A stretch of DNA of 51,535 nucleotides from Candidatus Micrarchaeota archaeon (GTDB lineage: Archaea; Micrarchaeota; Micrarchaeia; Norongarragalinales; UBA8480): NCBI GenBank assembly GCA_964514805.1, contig CAZERP010000001.1, positions 5,967-57,501 of the forward strand, read 5' to 3'. Positions 17,616 to 26,548 of the stretch are shown in pieces. A program made the translations under genes and the position numbers. The first letter of the stretch is position 1, and every line of letters begins with the position of its first letter. A model generated the notes under the pieces. That model was not told the origin of the DNA and did no database searches. It saw only the letters and a list, made by a program, of their open reading frames with translations.

Positions 17616-19088
17616 ATGTCGTTTAATTTTGCAGCTAAGAATTCAAAAAGCGCTTTATTTGCAAGTTCACTACTTGTAGTTTACGTATTAATGCTACTAG
17701 TTGTATCTCCACCTAGTGGCCCGTTAGTTGATAGCGCGTACTATGCAGATATCGCTCAAAATTTACTACACAGCGGCTCTTTTAGCGCTAATTTTGAAAG
17801 TACAGTAGCGCCACCAGTATTTCCGTATGTGCTAGCTGGTTTTATGGCTGTTTTTGGAACTGCTTGGGAAAAAGCGTTCTCAGTAGTTTCTGCTGTTTTG
17901 TTAATGGCAAGTTTTTATTTACTTGCAAGGGAATTTTTTGAATCCAAGAAGTCTTTATTTTTAACTGGATTATTTGCGTTCGTTCCGATTATTTTTTACC
18001 TATCAATGGAACTTTTATCAGATGGAATTTTTGTAACTTTTACACTCCTAGCATTAAAGTTTTACTTAAAAACAATTAAAGACAAACAAACAAACGTCCT
18101 GAATGTAGCATTGCTCTCGTTATTTTCAGTACTTGCAATTCTTACTAGAACAGTAGGTATGCTATTACCAGTTATTTTTGGACTTCATTTTACCGCAAGT
18201 CGATTAATGAGTAAAGAAAAGTTATTCAAAATAGACTCAAAAGCCATTACCCTAGCTATATTCATAGTAATATGTTTAGCGTCGTTTGCTACATGGTCAA
18301 TATTAGTTAAAAGTCAAGGTAATCAAGACGCCAGTAGCACATACTTGGATAAGATTACAAACGCGCCAAGAGAAGGTCAAATAAGTTTTTCAGTAAGCGA
18401 TTTTACTAAAGGTCAAGTGAGTTTAAACGCGCCGATTTCATTTAACTTAAAAGTCCCCATATTCATAGCGTATTTGTTTAGATTAATTGTATTTCTCTTA
18501 ATTTTCATAAGCCCAGTATTAGTAATAGTTAGTTTGTGGTACATACTGAAATTAAAGTCATTTAACTCACAAGAAATTTTACTCTTAATTTTCACAATAG
18601 TAATTTGCGCATTTCACGTGTTTTGGCCACTTGCATTCTCATCAAGATACATAGCACCAGTAGTCGCGCCAATTTTGATATTAAGCGCATTAGCTTTAGA
18701 TAAAGTAAAAAACACCAAAATCGTCGCATTAGCAGTGATTGCTTTTCTTTTAATTTCAAGCGCAGTCATTTTCGTCGACGTTAACTATCGCTGGAAGGAC
18801 GCTAAAACCGCAAGCGCATTATTTTCTCAAAGTGCGTCATACATAACGCAAACAGTACCACTTAACTCTAATATTTTTGTTAGTGGCTTAGCTCAAAGTA
18901 CAGCAAGTTATTACTTTAAACGCCAAGCTCAAATTTTAAATGAAAATAACCCACAAGCAGCTAACAACATACTAGTTTCTAACTATGAAAACACAAAAGA
19001 ACCAACATTACCTACGAACATAATTAAATGTCGTGAATTTACCCAAGGTAAATACACACTAAAATTCTACTCAACAGCGTGCAAATAA
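17616..19088 (+). CDS. GT-C fold glycosyltransferase (ArnT/PMT_2 family; AglS-like Dol-P-sugar-dependent transferase)
   Basis: 490 aa with about 11-12 TM helices. The N-terminal loop PLVDSAYYADIAQNLL is typical of the ArnT/PMT_2 family. It sits adjacent to a GT2 Dol-P-sugar synthase-like gene. Confidence 0.75.
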   Translation: MSFNFAAKNSKSALFASSLLVVYVLMLLVVSPPSGPLVDSAYYADIAQNLLHSGSFSANFESTVAPPVFPYVLAGFMAVFGTAWEKAFSVVSAVLLMASFYLLAREFFESKKSLFLTGLFAFVPIIFYLSMELLSDGIFVTFTLLALKFYLKTIKDKQTNVLNVALLSLFSVLAILTRTVGMLLPVIFGLHFTASRLMSKEKLFKIDSKAITLAIFIVICLASFATWSILVKSQGNQDASSTYLDKITNAPREGQISFSVSDFTKGQVSLNAPISFNLKVPIFIAYLFRLIVFLLIFISPVLVIVSLWYILKLKSFNSQEILLLIFTIVICAFHVFWPLAFSSRYIAPVVAPILILSALALDKVKNTKIVALAVIAFLLISSAVIFVDVNYRWKDAKTASALFSQSASYITQTVPLNSNIFVSGLAQSTASYYFKRQAQILNENNPQAANNILVSNYENTKEPTLPTNIIKCREFTQGKYTLKFYSTACK

Positions 19089-19092
19089 GACC

Positions 19093-19764
19093 ATGTATAA
19101 CAAATTAAAAATCACAGCAATAGTACCTGCTTTTAATGAAGAAAAAAACATACGCAAAGTAGTCGAACAAACTGCGCCTTACGTAGACGAAGTCATAGTA
19201 GTAGACGACGGCTCTAAAGATAAAACGGGCGCAATTGCTAAAGAAAGCGGAGCAGTAGTTGCAACACACATTGTTAACATGGGCTTAGGCTTTACATTAG
19301 CAACTGGCGCTGAACTTGCCATAAAACGAGGCGCAGACGTAATAGTAACAATTGACGGAGATGGACAGCACGACCCTACTGAAATTACTCATCTCGTAAA
19401 GACACTAGTTGATGAAAAATTAGATATTGTAATTGGCGCGCGTAAGTTTGATACAAATATGCCTTTTTACAAAAAGCTTGGAAACACAACGATATATACA
19501 ATGCAACATTTACTATTTAACAGCGAAGTTAAAGACACGCAATCTGGATTTAGAGCTTTTAGATCCGAAGTGTGGCCTAAACTTAAATGGACGTCAAATA
19601 GATACGCCGTTTCATCTGAAATAGTGAAAAATATCGGCGTTAATCGTTTGAAGTTTAAAGAAGTAGAAGTTAAAACTATTTACAATGATGATTACAAAGG
19701 AACTAGTATCTTTGATGGCGCAAGAATAGTGACCACGATGATATCTTGGAAACTAAAAGGTTGA
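19093..19764 (+). CDS. GT2 glycosyltransferase (Dol-P-hexose synthase / GtrB / AglD-like)
   Basis: Motifs IVPAFNEEKNI, VVDDGSKDKT and DGDGQHDP; soluble 223 aa. Confidence 0.85.
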   Translation: MYNKLKITAIVPAFNEEKNIRKVVEQTAPYVDEVIVVDDGSKDKTGAIAKESGAVVATHIVNMGLGFTLATGAELAIKRGADVIVTIDGDGQHDPTEITHLVKTLVDEKLDIVIGARKFDTNMPFYKKLGNTTIYTMQHLLFNSEVKDTQSGFRAFRSEVWPKLKWTSNRYAVSSEIVKNIGVNRLKFKEVEVKTIYNDDYKGTSIFDGARIVTTMISWKLKG

Positions 19765-19775
19765 AAAATTATTTT

Positions 19776-20105
19776 ATGGAATTAACATACCCATTACAAA
19801 TTGCAGGCGCAGTATTTTCAGTACTCATGCTGTACTTTACTCATTACACGTACAAAAGAGGCAACTTTGGACTAAAAGATGCCTTGCTTTGGGGCGTAGT
19901 TTGGGCCTGGTTCTTATTCGCATTAGTATTTACGGATGTAATTTCTAAACTATTAATTCCACTTCACATTGTTAGCATATTTGACTTGTTAATTGCAAGC
20001 GCAGTTGGAATCATAATGCTAGTATTGATGCAATTAAACAAAAGAGTTGCTCAAATTGAAAAGAAAATTGAACAAGTAGTGCGCAAAACTGCATTCGAAA
20101 AGTGA
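19776..20105 (+). CDS. DUF2304-like small membrane protein
   Basis: About 109 aa with three TM helices and a C-terminal amphipathic QLNKRVAQIEKKIEQVV helix. This architecture and the GT2 neighbourhood are typical of DUF2304. ATG 19776 is preferred over TTG 19746. Confidence 0.6.
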   Translation: MELTYPLQIAGAVFSVLMLYFTHYTYKRGNFGLKDALLWGVVWAWFLFALVFTDVISKLLIPLHIVSIFDLLIASAVGIIMLVLMQLNKRVAQIEKKIEQVVRKTAFEK

Positions 20106-20111
20106 ATTTTG

Positions 20112-20723
20112 ATGTTTGATTTCTTAAAGTCATTCTATTACAGGTATTGGTCTGATTTTCACCCTATCCGCAGGTGGGAATGGGACGTTACACGTAAGAA
20201 TTTACAAAGAAGTAAAGTACTAGACGCAGGTTGCGGCACTGGCTCACTTACACGTAAGCTTGCTAAAATGAACTTTGACGTTAAAGCTATTGATTTAGAT
20301 TCTCAAGGTTTTGAAAACGCGAAGAAGTACAACGCATTTGCCAATGTAGAGTATAAAGCGATGCGTGTTGAAGATATTAAGTACCCAAGTGAAACCTTTG
20401 ACACAGTAATGTGTATTAGTGTAATGGGGCAATGCGACAGGACCCCCGCTTTTAATGAATTGTACCGAGTTACAAAAAAGGGCGGAGTACTTATCATAAC
20501 TTCAGCTACTAAAAATATTGACTTAATACAAATTGACCCGAGTATAAAGCAAGAGCGCTACTATTCTATGAAAAACAAGTGGGTCAGATGGTTGTTTAAC
20601 TTATTTATCAACTTTAATGATAAAAGAACGCTACTCTCAATTATATTTTACCCAATTTATTGGCTAGACACTAAATTTTCAAAAGGAACTGGCGAAATTT
20701 GCGTCCTAATAATTCGCAAGTAA
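20112..20723 (+). CDS. class I SAM-dependent methyltransferase
   Basis: Motifs VLDAGCGTGSLTRKLA, AIDLD, FDTVMCISV and KKGGVLII. The ATG at 20112 lies one codon after the TTG at 20109. Confidence 0.8.
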   Translation: MFDFLKSFYYRYWSDFHPIRRWEWDVTRKNLQRSKVLDAGCGTGSLTRKLAKMNFDVKAIDLDSQGFENAKKYNAFANVEYKAMRVEDIKYPSETFDTVMCISVMGQCDRTPAFNELYRVTKKGGVLIITSATKNIDLIQIDPSIKQERYYSMKNKWVRWLFNLFINFNDKRTLLSIIFYPIYWLDTKFSKGTGEICVLIIRK

Positions 20724-20758
20724 ACTTACAACCCGCACAAAAAACTACAAGTTGTAAG
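20724..20758. terminator. inverted repeat between convergent genes
   Basis: cttacaac (20725-20732) and gttgtaag (20751-20758) are perfect 8-nt reverse complements. They lie in the 48-nt gap between the 20112 methyltransferase and the 20772 deacetylase. Confidence 0.35.
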
Positions 20759-20771
20759 ACCTTGCAAAAAG

Positions 20772-21617
20772 CTAGTCCTTGCTATTTGCAAGTAAATCTA
20801 TTACAGGGCCAAATTCAAAAGAGTCTAGTATCGAGTCTAGTTTTTTGAGTGATTTATCGCCTAGGTTCCAATACGTGATGAAATTAGAAAATGCGCTTTG
20901 CGTGTCGATTCTAGGCGTTTTGTCGTGTAATTCCCAAGGGTGCGCGTACATCACTGCTGGAATTCCTTTTCGGTTTAGTTGTTTTATTCCTTGCTTTATT
21001 ACCGTGTTTGGAAGCGCTCTTAAGTAAAAACCACCCGCGATAGGTACGTTTATCGCGCCTATTTTTGCAGTTGCCATTGGCACTTCGAAAAGTTTACCAT
21101 TAGCGTCGTGTTTTGCAACGTCATTTTTAGACGGCTTATACACATGCAGTGGCGCGTTTGGAACGCCATAAAGGTGTGTTTTGACGGGAAATATTGAAGA
21201 GTCGTATAAGTAGTCGTTGTTTTCTAAAATATCAAGTGCCCATTTGGTTGAATTGTTTATTGAAAAAGATGGCGCTCTAAAACCAAGTGGCTTAATTCCA
21301 ATGGTCTTTTGTATGAGTTTATCTGTTTCTAGTATTTCTTTTTCAAAACTTTTAGGGTTTAATTCATAGAGAATAGTGTGCGAGTAGCCATGACTTGCAA
21401 TTTCATGACCCGCGTCGTAAATTTTTCGTAAAACTTTCGGGCTTTTTTTAACTACATCCCCTAGTATGAAAAAAGTAGCTGTGATGTTTCTAGCATCTAG
21501 CGTATCTAGTATTGATTGTGTTGATTGTTCTACTAGTTCTACTTGCTTTGCTTGGCTTTTTCTAACTAGTTCAGCGTGATACCATTCTTCGATGTCAAAA
21601 CTAATCGCGTTTTTCAT
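20772..21617 (-). CDS. polysaccharide deacetylase, DUF3473-containing subfamily (type found in bacterial PEP-CTERM/EPS loci)
   Basis: Motifs ISFDIEEWYH, ATFFILGDV, GHEIASHGYSH, GFRAPSFSI, YDSSIFP, GGFYLRALP and YAHPWEL. Confidence 0.85.
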   Translation of the reverse strand: MKNAISFDIEEWYHAELVRKSQAKQVELVEQSTQSILDTLDARNITATFFILGDVVKKSPKVLRKIYDAGHEIASHGYSHTILYELNPKSFEKEILETDKLIQKTIGIKPLGFRAPSFSINNSTKWALDILENNDYLYDSSIFPVKTHLYGVPNAPLHVYKPSKNDVAKHDANGKLFEVPMATAKIGAINVPIAGGFYLRALPNTVIKQGIKQLNRKGIPAVMYAHPWELHDKTPRIDTQSAFSNFITYWNLGDKSLKKLDSILDSFEFGPVIDLLANSKD

Positions 21618-21621
21618 AAAA

Positions 21622-22593
21622 TTAACCTATTTGTTTAATTAGCCAAGGGCCAATCGTATTTGCAATTGGAGTGGGTAGTATTTTTGCCCATATTTGTGAG
21701 AGTTTTTTGTATTTGATTTCATCTCTTTGTTCTATTTTTTCTTTAAGGAAGTAATAGTAGTAAGGCATTTGAGTTTCTGCGCCGCCCCAGCCTTTTTTGT
21801 AAGTGAAAACGCCGGAGTTGTACCTGGTTCTTCCGAAGTCGAATTTTTCAAATCCTTGTTTTGAGAATTTAACTATCGCGTTCCAAATTAAGAACTCAAC
21901 TGCTCGTAGAGCAGCGTATTCTTTTAAGTAACAAGAATAAGCGTAATGCACTTCATGGTTATACGGTAAGAATACTGCGCCGGCGACGGGTTTGCCGTTT
22001 AGTTTGGCTAGGTGTATTTGGCAGTTTTCGCCTAGTATTTCTTTCATTTTTTTGAAGAATTTAAGTGATTGAGGTGGGCTGCCTAAGTTTTTCATCGTAG
22101 ACGCGTAGATTTTGTAAAATGCTTCAATATCCGTTTCGTTTTCTACGTTGCATAGTTCAAATCCTGATTTTTGTGATTTTGTAATGTCATTTCTTGTGCG
22201 TTTTTCCATGTTTTTTAAAACAAACGCAGGGTTAGTTATATCTAGTTTGAAAGTAACGTAGTCGTTTCTTTTTTCAAAACCGTTCTTTTCAAGCAAAACG
22301 CCCACGGCGTCTGAAGGGGTTCTTATTTCTACGTAGTTTACTTTTTCTTTTATTGCACATTCAATTATTCTTTTGGCAAGCGCATTTGCATCCGCTTTTA
22401 CGTTTATACTGCCATAGTCTGCAAAAGGTAGGGAAATTAAACGATTTGAAAATATTTTGCTGTTAACCTTTGCAAGTGAAACTGAGTTTGACCCTTCTTT
22501 TAAGTCAAATATTTTATAGTGATAAACTGCTTCAATAAACTCATTCCACTTTTTAGTACCATAGATTGAGTTAGGTTCACTTGCGTTTTTCAT
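21622..22593 (-). CDS. FemAB-family (GNAT-fold) aminoacyl-transferase-like protein
   Basis: 323 aa. Motifs LISLPFADYGS, two GNAT-like halves and YKKGWGGAE near the C-terminus. Its start is 4 nt upstream of the DUF3473 deacetylase. Confidence 0.7.
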   Translation of the reverse strand: MKNASEPNSIYGTKKWNEFIEAVYHYKIFDLKEGSNSVSLAKVNSKIFSNRLISLPFADYGSINVKADANALAKRIIECAIKEKVNYVEIRTPSDAVGVLLEKNGFEKRNDYVTFKLDITNPAFVLKNMEKRTRNDITKSQKSGFELCNVENETDIEAFYKIYASTMKNLGSPPQSLKFFKKMKEILGENCQIHLAKLNGKPVAGAVFLPYNHEVHYAYSCYLKEYAALRAVEFLIWNAIVKFSKQGFEKFDFGRTRYNSGVFTYKKGWGGAETQMPYYYYFLKEKIEQRDEIKYKKLSQIWAKILPTPIANTIGPWLIKQIG

Positions 22594-22793
22594 AATTAAA
22601 AAATAGCCACGCCGAAGATTTAAGTTACGCTCTAGTATTGTACGCTTTGTAAGCTATTTAAACTTACGCGTTTTAGATATTATTTAAACGACAGCCCTGT
22701 TGTTTTTACGAATACAAAAGTCACTCTTTTTTTCTTCAATATTTCACAAAAAAAATAACATTTAAACAAAACCAGGTGCATTGAACTTTATTT

Positions 22794-23585
22794 ATGGTCG
22801 AACTACAAGATTTAGATAAACTTGAACAACAAAGTATATGGGTTTTAAGAGAAGCTAAAGCTCGATTCAAAAACCTCGCCGGACTTTGGAGCATGGGAAA
22901 AGACTCAACAGTAATGCTTGCATTAGCCCGTAAAGCGTTTTTTGGCAAAGTACCATTCCCCGTAATCCACATCGACAATGGAATTGACTTCAAAGAAACA
23001 TACGATTTTAGAAAGAAACTCACCGAAGAATGGAATCTAGACTTAATCGTAGCAAATAGCATCATCAAAGACGATTTAAGTGGAATCAAATGCTGCGGTT
23101 CAAACAAAACCGACGCGCTAAAGAAACTCCTAGACGAACGCGGATTTGATGGACTTGTCGTATCAATACGAAGAGACGAACACGGCATCCGAGCAAAAGA
23201 AAGATCATTCTCACCAAGAGACAAAGACTTCAAATGGAACTACAAAGACCAACCAGCAGAAGTATGGGAATACACAAGCAAATTTGAAGACACCTCACAT
23301 ACAAGAGTTCACCCCTTACTACAATGGAACGAAATTGACATCTGGAGATACATAAAACGCGAAGGAATACCAATCAACCCGCTATACTACGCTAACAGTG
23401 AAGGAATTAGATACAGAAGTCTTGGATGCACTCAATGTACAGTAGGAGTTAAGTCAAAAGCAACTACAATTGATGAAATAATTGAAGAACTCAAAAACAC
23501 TGAAGTTGCAGAACGTTCTGGAAGAATGCAAGACAAAGAAAAAGAAAACGTAATGCAAAGACTAAGAGCACTCGGCTACATGTAA
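22794..23585 (+). CDS. cysD: sulfate adenylyltransferase subunit 2
   Basis: PP-loop WSMGKDSTVML, RRDEHGIRAKERSFSPRD, RYRSLGCTQCT and the C-terminal RLRALGYM tail. Confidence 0.9.
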   Translation: MVELQDLDKLEQQSIWVLREAKARFKNLAGLWSMGKDSTVMLALARKAFFGKVPFPVIHIDNGIDFKETYDFRKKLTEEWNLDLIVANSIIKDDLSGIKCCGSNKTDALKKLLDERGFDGLVVSIRRDEHGIRAKERSFSPRDKDFKWNYKDQPAEVWEYTSKFEDTSHTRVHPLLQWNEIDIWRYIKREGIPINPLYYANSEGIRYRSLGCTQCTVGVKSKATTIDEIIEELKNTEVAERSGRMQDKEKENVMQRLRALGYM

Positions 23586-23601
23586 AAAAAGCATCTGAAT
23601 A

Positions 23602-23622
23602 TTTTTTACCCCTCTTTTTTTT
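23602..23622 (+). terminator. pyrimidine-tract terminator/attenuator candidate after cysD
   Basis: ttttttacccctctttttttt, located in the cysD-cysN gap. Confidence 0.3.
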
Positions 23623-23656
23623 AAAAAATATATTTTAATGTAGTGAAGTTTTTTTT

Positions 23657-24919
23657 ATGGATTCTACTAAAGCAATTAACGTAGCTCTACTTGGGCACAA
23701 AGATCACGGCAAATCAACTTTAATCGGCAGATTACTATACGATACTAAATCAATTACTGAAGATCGTATTAGAGAAGCTCAAATAATGTCTAAGTCATTA
23801 GGAAAAGAATTCGAACTATGCTTTTTGCTTGACAGTTTTGAAGAAGAAAGAGAAGAAGGCTTCACATTAGATACTACAAGAGTACAAGTAGTACACCAAG
23901 GTGTCATTTACGACGTTATTGACGTTCCAGGTCACAAAGAACTTGTAAAAAACATGCTCACCGGCGCGTCACTAGCACACGCTGCGATCCTAATTATTTC
24001 AGCTAAACCAGACGAAGGACTTCAAGATGAAACTAAACTTCATATTTACCTCTCACGAATGCTTGGCATTAACAAACTAGTAATCGCAGTTAACAAAATG
24101 GACTTAATCAACTACGATAAAGCAAAGTTTGACGCGCTAACCTCACAAGTCACCGCGACGTTAGTTAATTTTGGGTTTAACGCCAAACAACTAGAATACG
24201 TGCCAATTTCTGCTAAAGATGGAGATAATGTCACGAAAAAGTCAAACAAAACCTCGTGGTATAGTGGCAAAATGATCATTGAGTACATGGAAGAATTTGC
24301 AAATTATGACTTCGAAAAAGAACTAAGCTCAAAACCCGCCCGTTTAATCGTACAAGACGTATACAACATTGACTCAAACCACGTAATCGTAGGTAAAATT
24401 GAATCCGGAACTTTCAAAGTTAAACAAGAAGTCATAATCGAACCCCTATCACTTAAAGGAAACATTGAAGAATTACACGTTGCAATGGACCGAAAAGACG
24501 CCGCGCACGCAGGCCAAAGTGTTGGCATTGTAATTAAAAGCGACGCGATTAAAAACGTGACCAGAGGTTGCGTTTGCATGCCAGTAAAAGAAGCAACCCC
24601 CACAGTAACTTCAGTTAATGCTAGAATCTTTTGTTTTCCAACCTGCGAACTTGCAACTGGAGAGAAGCTTAACTTTATTTGCGCAGCCCAAGAAGTTACA
24701 GGCAGTGTTGAATTAATAGTAGATAAAATAAACCCAATTACAGACAAAATGCCAATAAAAGTAAACGGTAGCGGATCAGTAAGTAACTCACAAGCAGCAG
24801 ATGTTAAAATTAAACTAGAAAAGCCAATGATACTTGAAAGTTTTAACAAATTGCCTCAAGTTGGTAGATTTGTAATATCTAAAAATGGCCGCATAATTGG
24901 TGTCGGCGTAGTACAATAA
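23657..24919 (+). CDS. cysN: sulfate adenylyltransferase subunit 1 (GTPase), no fused APS kinase
   Basis: G1 GHKDHGKSTLIGRLL (TLIGRLL is CysN-like, not EF-1alpha-like), DVPGH, NKMD and SAKDGDN. 420 aa, ending after the beta-barrel domains. Confidence 0.85.
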   Translation: MDSTKAINVALLGHKDHGKSTLIGRLLYDTKSITEDRIREAQIMSKSLGKEFELCFLLDSFEEEREEGFTLDTTRVQVVHQGVIYDVIDVPGHKELVKNMLTGASLAHAAILIISAKPDEGLQDETKLHIYLSRMLGINKLVIAVNKMDLINYDKAKFDALTSQVTATLVNFGFNAKQLEYVPISAKDGDNVTKKSNKTSWYSGKMIIEYMEEFANYDFEKELSSKPARLIVQDVYNIDSNHVIVGKIESGTFKVKQEVIIEPLSLKGNIEELHVAMDRKDAAHAGQSVGIVIKSDAIKNVTRGCVCMPVKEATPTVTSVNARIFCFPTCELATGEKLNFICAAQEVTGSVELIVDKINPITDKMPIKVNGSGSVSNSQAADVKIKLEKPMILESFNKLPQVGRFVISKNGRIIGVGVVQ

Positions 24920-24940
24920 AAACAAACGAGAAGGTTTAGT

Positions 24941-25696
24941 ATGTTAATAATTGGTCTTGACGGCGCAACTTGGAGTAAAATAAACGCGAATTTAGACGAA
25001 CTACCTAATTTTAAAAAATTAAAAGAAAAATACAAACACGCAGTACTAGAATGTGACGTTAGACCAGTTCACTCTGCGCCTTCTTGGACTACTATATTTA
25101 CTGGAGTTCTTCCAAGCGAGCATGGGGTTTTGGACTTTGCAATTGATGAAAAACAGAGAAGCGAATTAGAAAACCGAAGTGACTTTATTTGGAAAATTGC
25201 AAAAAGCGCAGTTGTAATGCCAGTTGCTATTGCAATACCTCCAATTGCGTACAATTTTTCATTAGATAAATGGGAGTCTTTAGTTTTTTCAATTACTAGC
25301 GAAGAAATGAACGAAAGCACTACCTATACGTTGGAAAGAACTATTGAACTATTACAAAGTAAGAATCGCCCAGAGTTAATTGTTTCAATTTTTTACGAAA
25401 CTGACCGCGCTCAACACGTTTACTGGCACGATGAAGCAAAAATAGTAGCTCACTATGCAAATATAGATAAAGCGCTAGGCAAGTTAATGCCTTTTTTTGA
25501 AAAAGAAAACTTCCTCATATTAAGTGATCATGGTTTTACAAACGCGCAAGAAACCAAAGACAACAAGTGGGACACTGTAAGAAGTAACCAAACTGGCGGC
25601 CATCACCCTAGTGGCATTGTCATCTCAAATTTAGAACCGCCACGCAAAGTAACACAAGTGTACTCTTTTATTAAGAAAGAACTCAAAATGAGTTAA
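24941..25696 (+). CDS. alkaline-phosphatase-superfamily protein (type I phosphodiesterase/NPP, COG1524-like), short paralog
   Basis: GLDGATW, SAPSWTTIFTG (nucleophile region), ETDRAQHVYWH, LSDHGF and GGHH. Confidence 0.75.
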   Translation: MLIIGLDGATWSKINANLDELPNFKKLKEKYKHAVLECDVRPVHSAPSWTTIFTGVLPSEHGVLDFAIDEKQRSELENRSDFIWKIAKSAVVMPVAIAIPPIAYNFSLDKWESLVFSITSEEMNESTTYTLERTIELLQSKNRPELIVSIFYETDRAQHVYWHDEAKIVAHYANIDKALGKLMPFFEKENFLILSDHGFTNAQETKDNKWDTVRSNQTGGHHPSGIVISNLEPPRKVTQVYSFIKKELKMS

Positions 25697-25699
25697 GGT

Positions 25700-26473
25700 A
25701 TGCTTTTTGAAATAAACCTAATATTAGCCGGCTTAGTTGTAGGCATTTGTGTTGGCCTAACTAGCATCGGACTTGGAATGATCCAACTACCCTTACTACT
25801 CGCACTTACTACACTAACTCCTTCCGCTGCTGCAAGCGTTGGCTTAATTCAAGGCAGTTTAATGAAATGGACCGGCATGTGGCGTAGTGCTAAAAAGAAA
25901 AACATAGACTATAGTGTCGTATTACCTTTTGTAGTTCTTGGAATTCCATTTACTGCACTTGGAGTTTACATGCGAAGCTATATTCCTGCAGATTTGCTTA
26001 AAAGTATTATCGGCATCACAATGGTAGCAATGGGAGTAATGCTAGTTTCTACTACGTGGTTTAGTCAAGTAAAAATTCGAGTACAAAAAATAATCGACTT
26101 CTGTCGAACACATAAAAAGTCAATATCCGTAATTGCAGGAATAATCACTGGTTTTATGGTTGGCTTAACTAGCATTGGAAGCGGCTCATTTATCATAATC
26201 ATACTATCCACCGTATTACTACTACCACCTACGATTGCAGTTGGGACTAATTTAATGATCGGCGGAATCCTAGTCGCTACTGGTGGAATCGTAAGCGCAA
26301 TTACTAGCAACATTAATTATGACATAGTAATTAGCTTGCTAATAGGTTCAATTCCCGGCGTTTTAATTGGAGGCAAAATAGCACCAAAAGTACCCGTTAA
26401 ACCAATGCGCGCTGTAATCGCAATTTTAGTCATAATAAGCGGCCTGGATATGGCTTTTAAAATAATAAAATAA
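25700..26473 (+). CDS. TauE/SafE (TSUP) family anion permease
   Basis: 257 aa with 8 predicted TM helices and a 4+4 internal repeat, each half carrying VGLTSIG(L/S)G. Confidence 0.85.
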   Translation: MLFEINLILAGLVVGICVGLTSIGLGMIQLPLLLALTTLTPSAAASVGLIQGSLMKWTGMWRSAKKKNIDYSVVLPFVVLGIPFTALGVYMRSYIPADLLKSIIGITMVAMGVMLVSTTWFSQVKIRVQKIIDFCRTHKKSISVIAGIITGFMVGLTSIGSGSFIIIILSTVLLLPPTIAVGTNLMIGGILVATGGIVSAITSNINYDIVISLLIGSIPGVLIGGKIAPKVPVKPMRAVIAILVIISGLDMAFKIIK

Positions 26474-26548
26474 ACTAAAACACTTACAAATAAAGAAAAA
26501 ATTTCGCTTTTGAAAAATAAATATTAACGAGGTAGAATTTCAACACTA

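Noticed and set aside
20761-20792. Second inverted repeat cttgcaa / ttgcaag near the convergent gene junction
   Set aside because: The right arm lies inside the deacetylase coding sequence, the arms are only 7 nt and the loop is 18 nt. It is too weak to call separately from the 20725-20758 repeat.
22736-23233. 165-aa minus-strand ORF overlapping the 5-prime half of cysD
   Set aside because: It is entirely antisense to a gene with unambiguous CysD motifs. It has a Ser/Leu-rich low-complexity composition, no recognisable motif and no ribosome-binding site. It looks like an antisense artefact.
24304-24849. 181-aa minus-strand ORF inside cysN
   Set aside because: It is antisense to a well-supported GTPase gene. 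The sequence is low complexity and rich in Ser, Thr and Leu, as expected when the sense strand avoids certain codons.
23657-24919. Possibility that the GTPase is a translation elongation factor (aEF-1alpha) because G1 reads GHKDHGKST
   Set aside because: TLIGRLL after the P-loop, the LLDSFEEERE switch region, the domain length (420 aa) and the position right after cysD all fit CysN rather than aEF-1alpha (which has STTTGHLIY).
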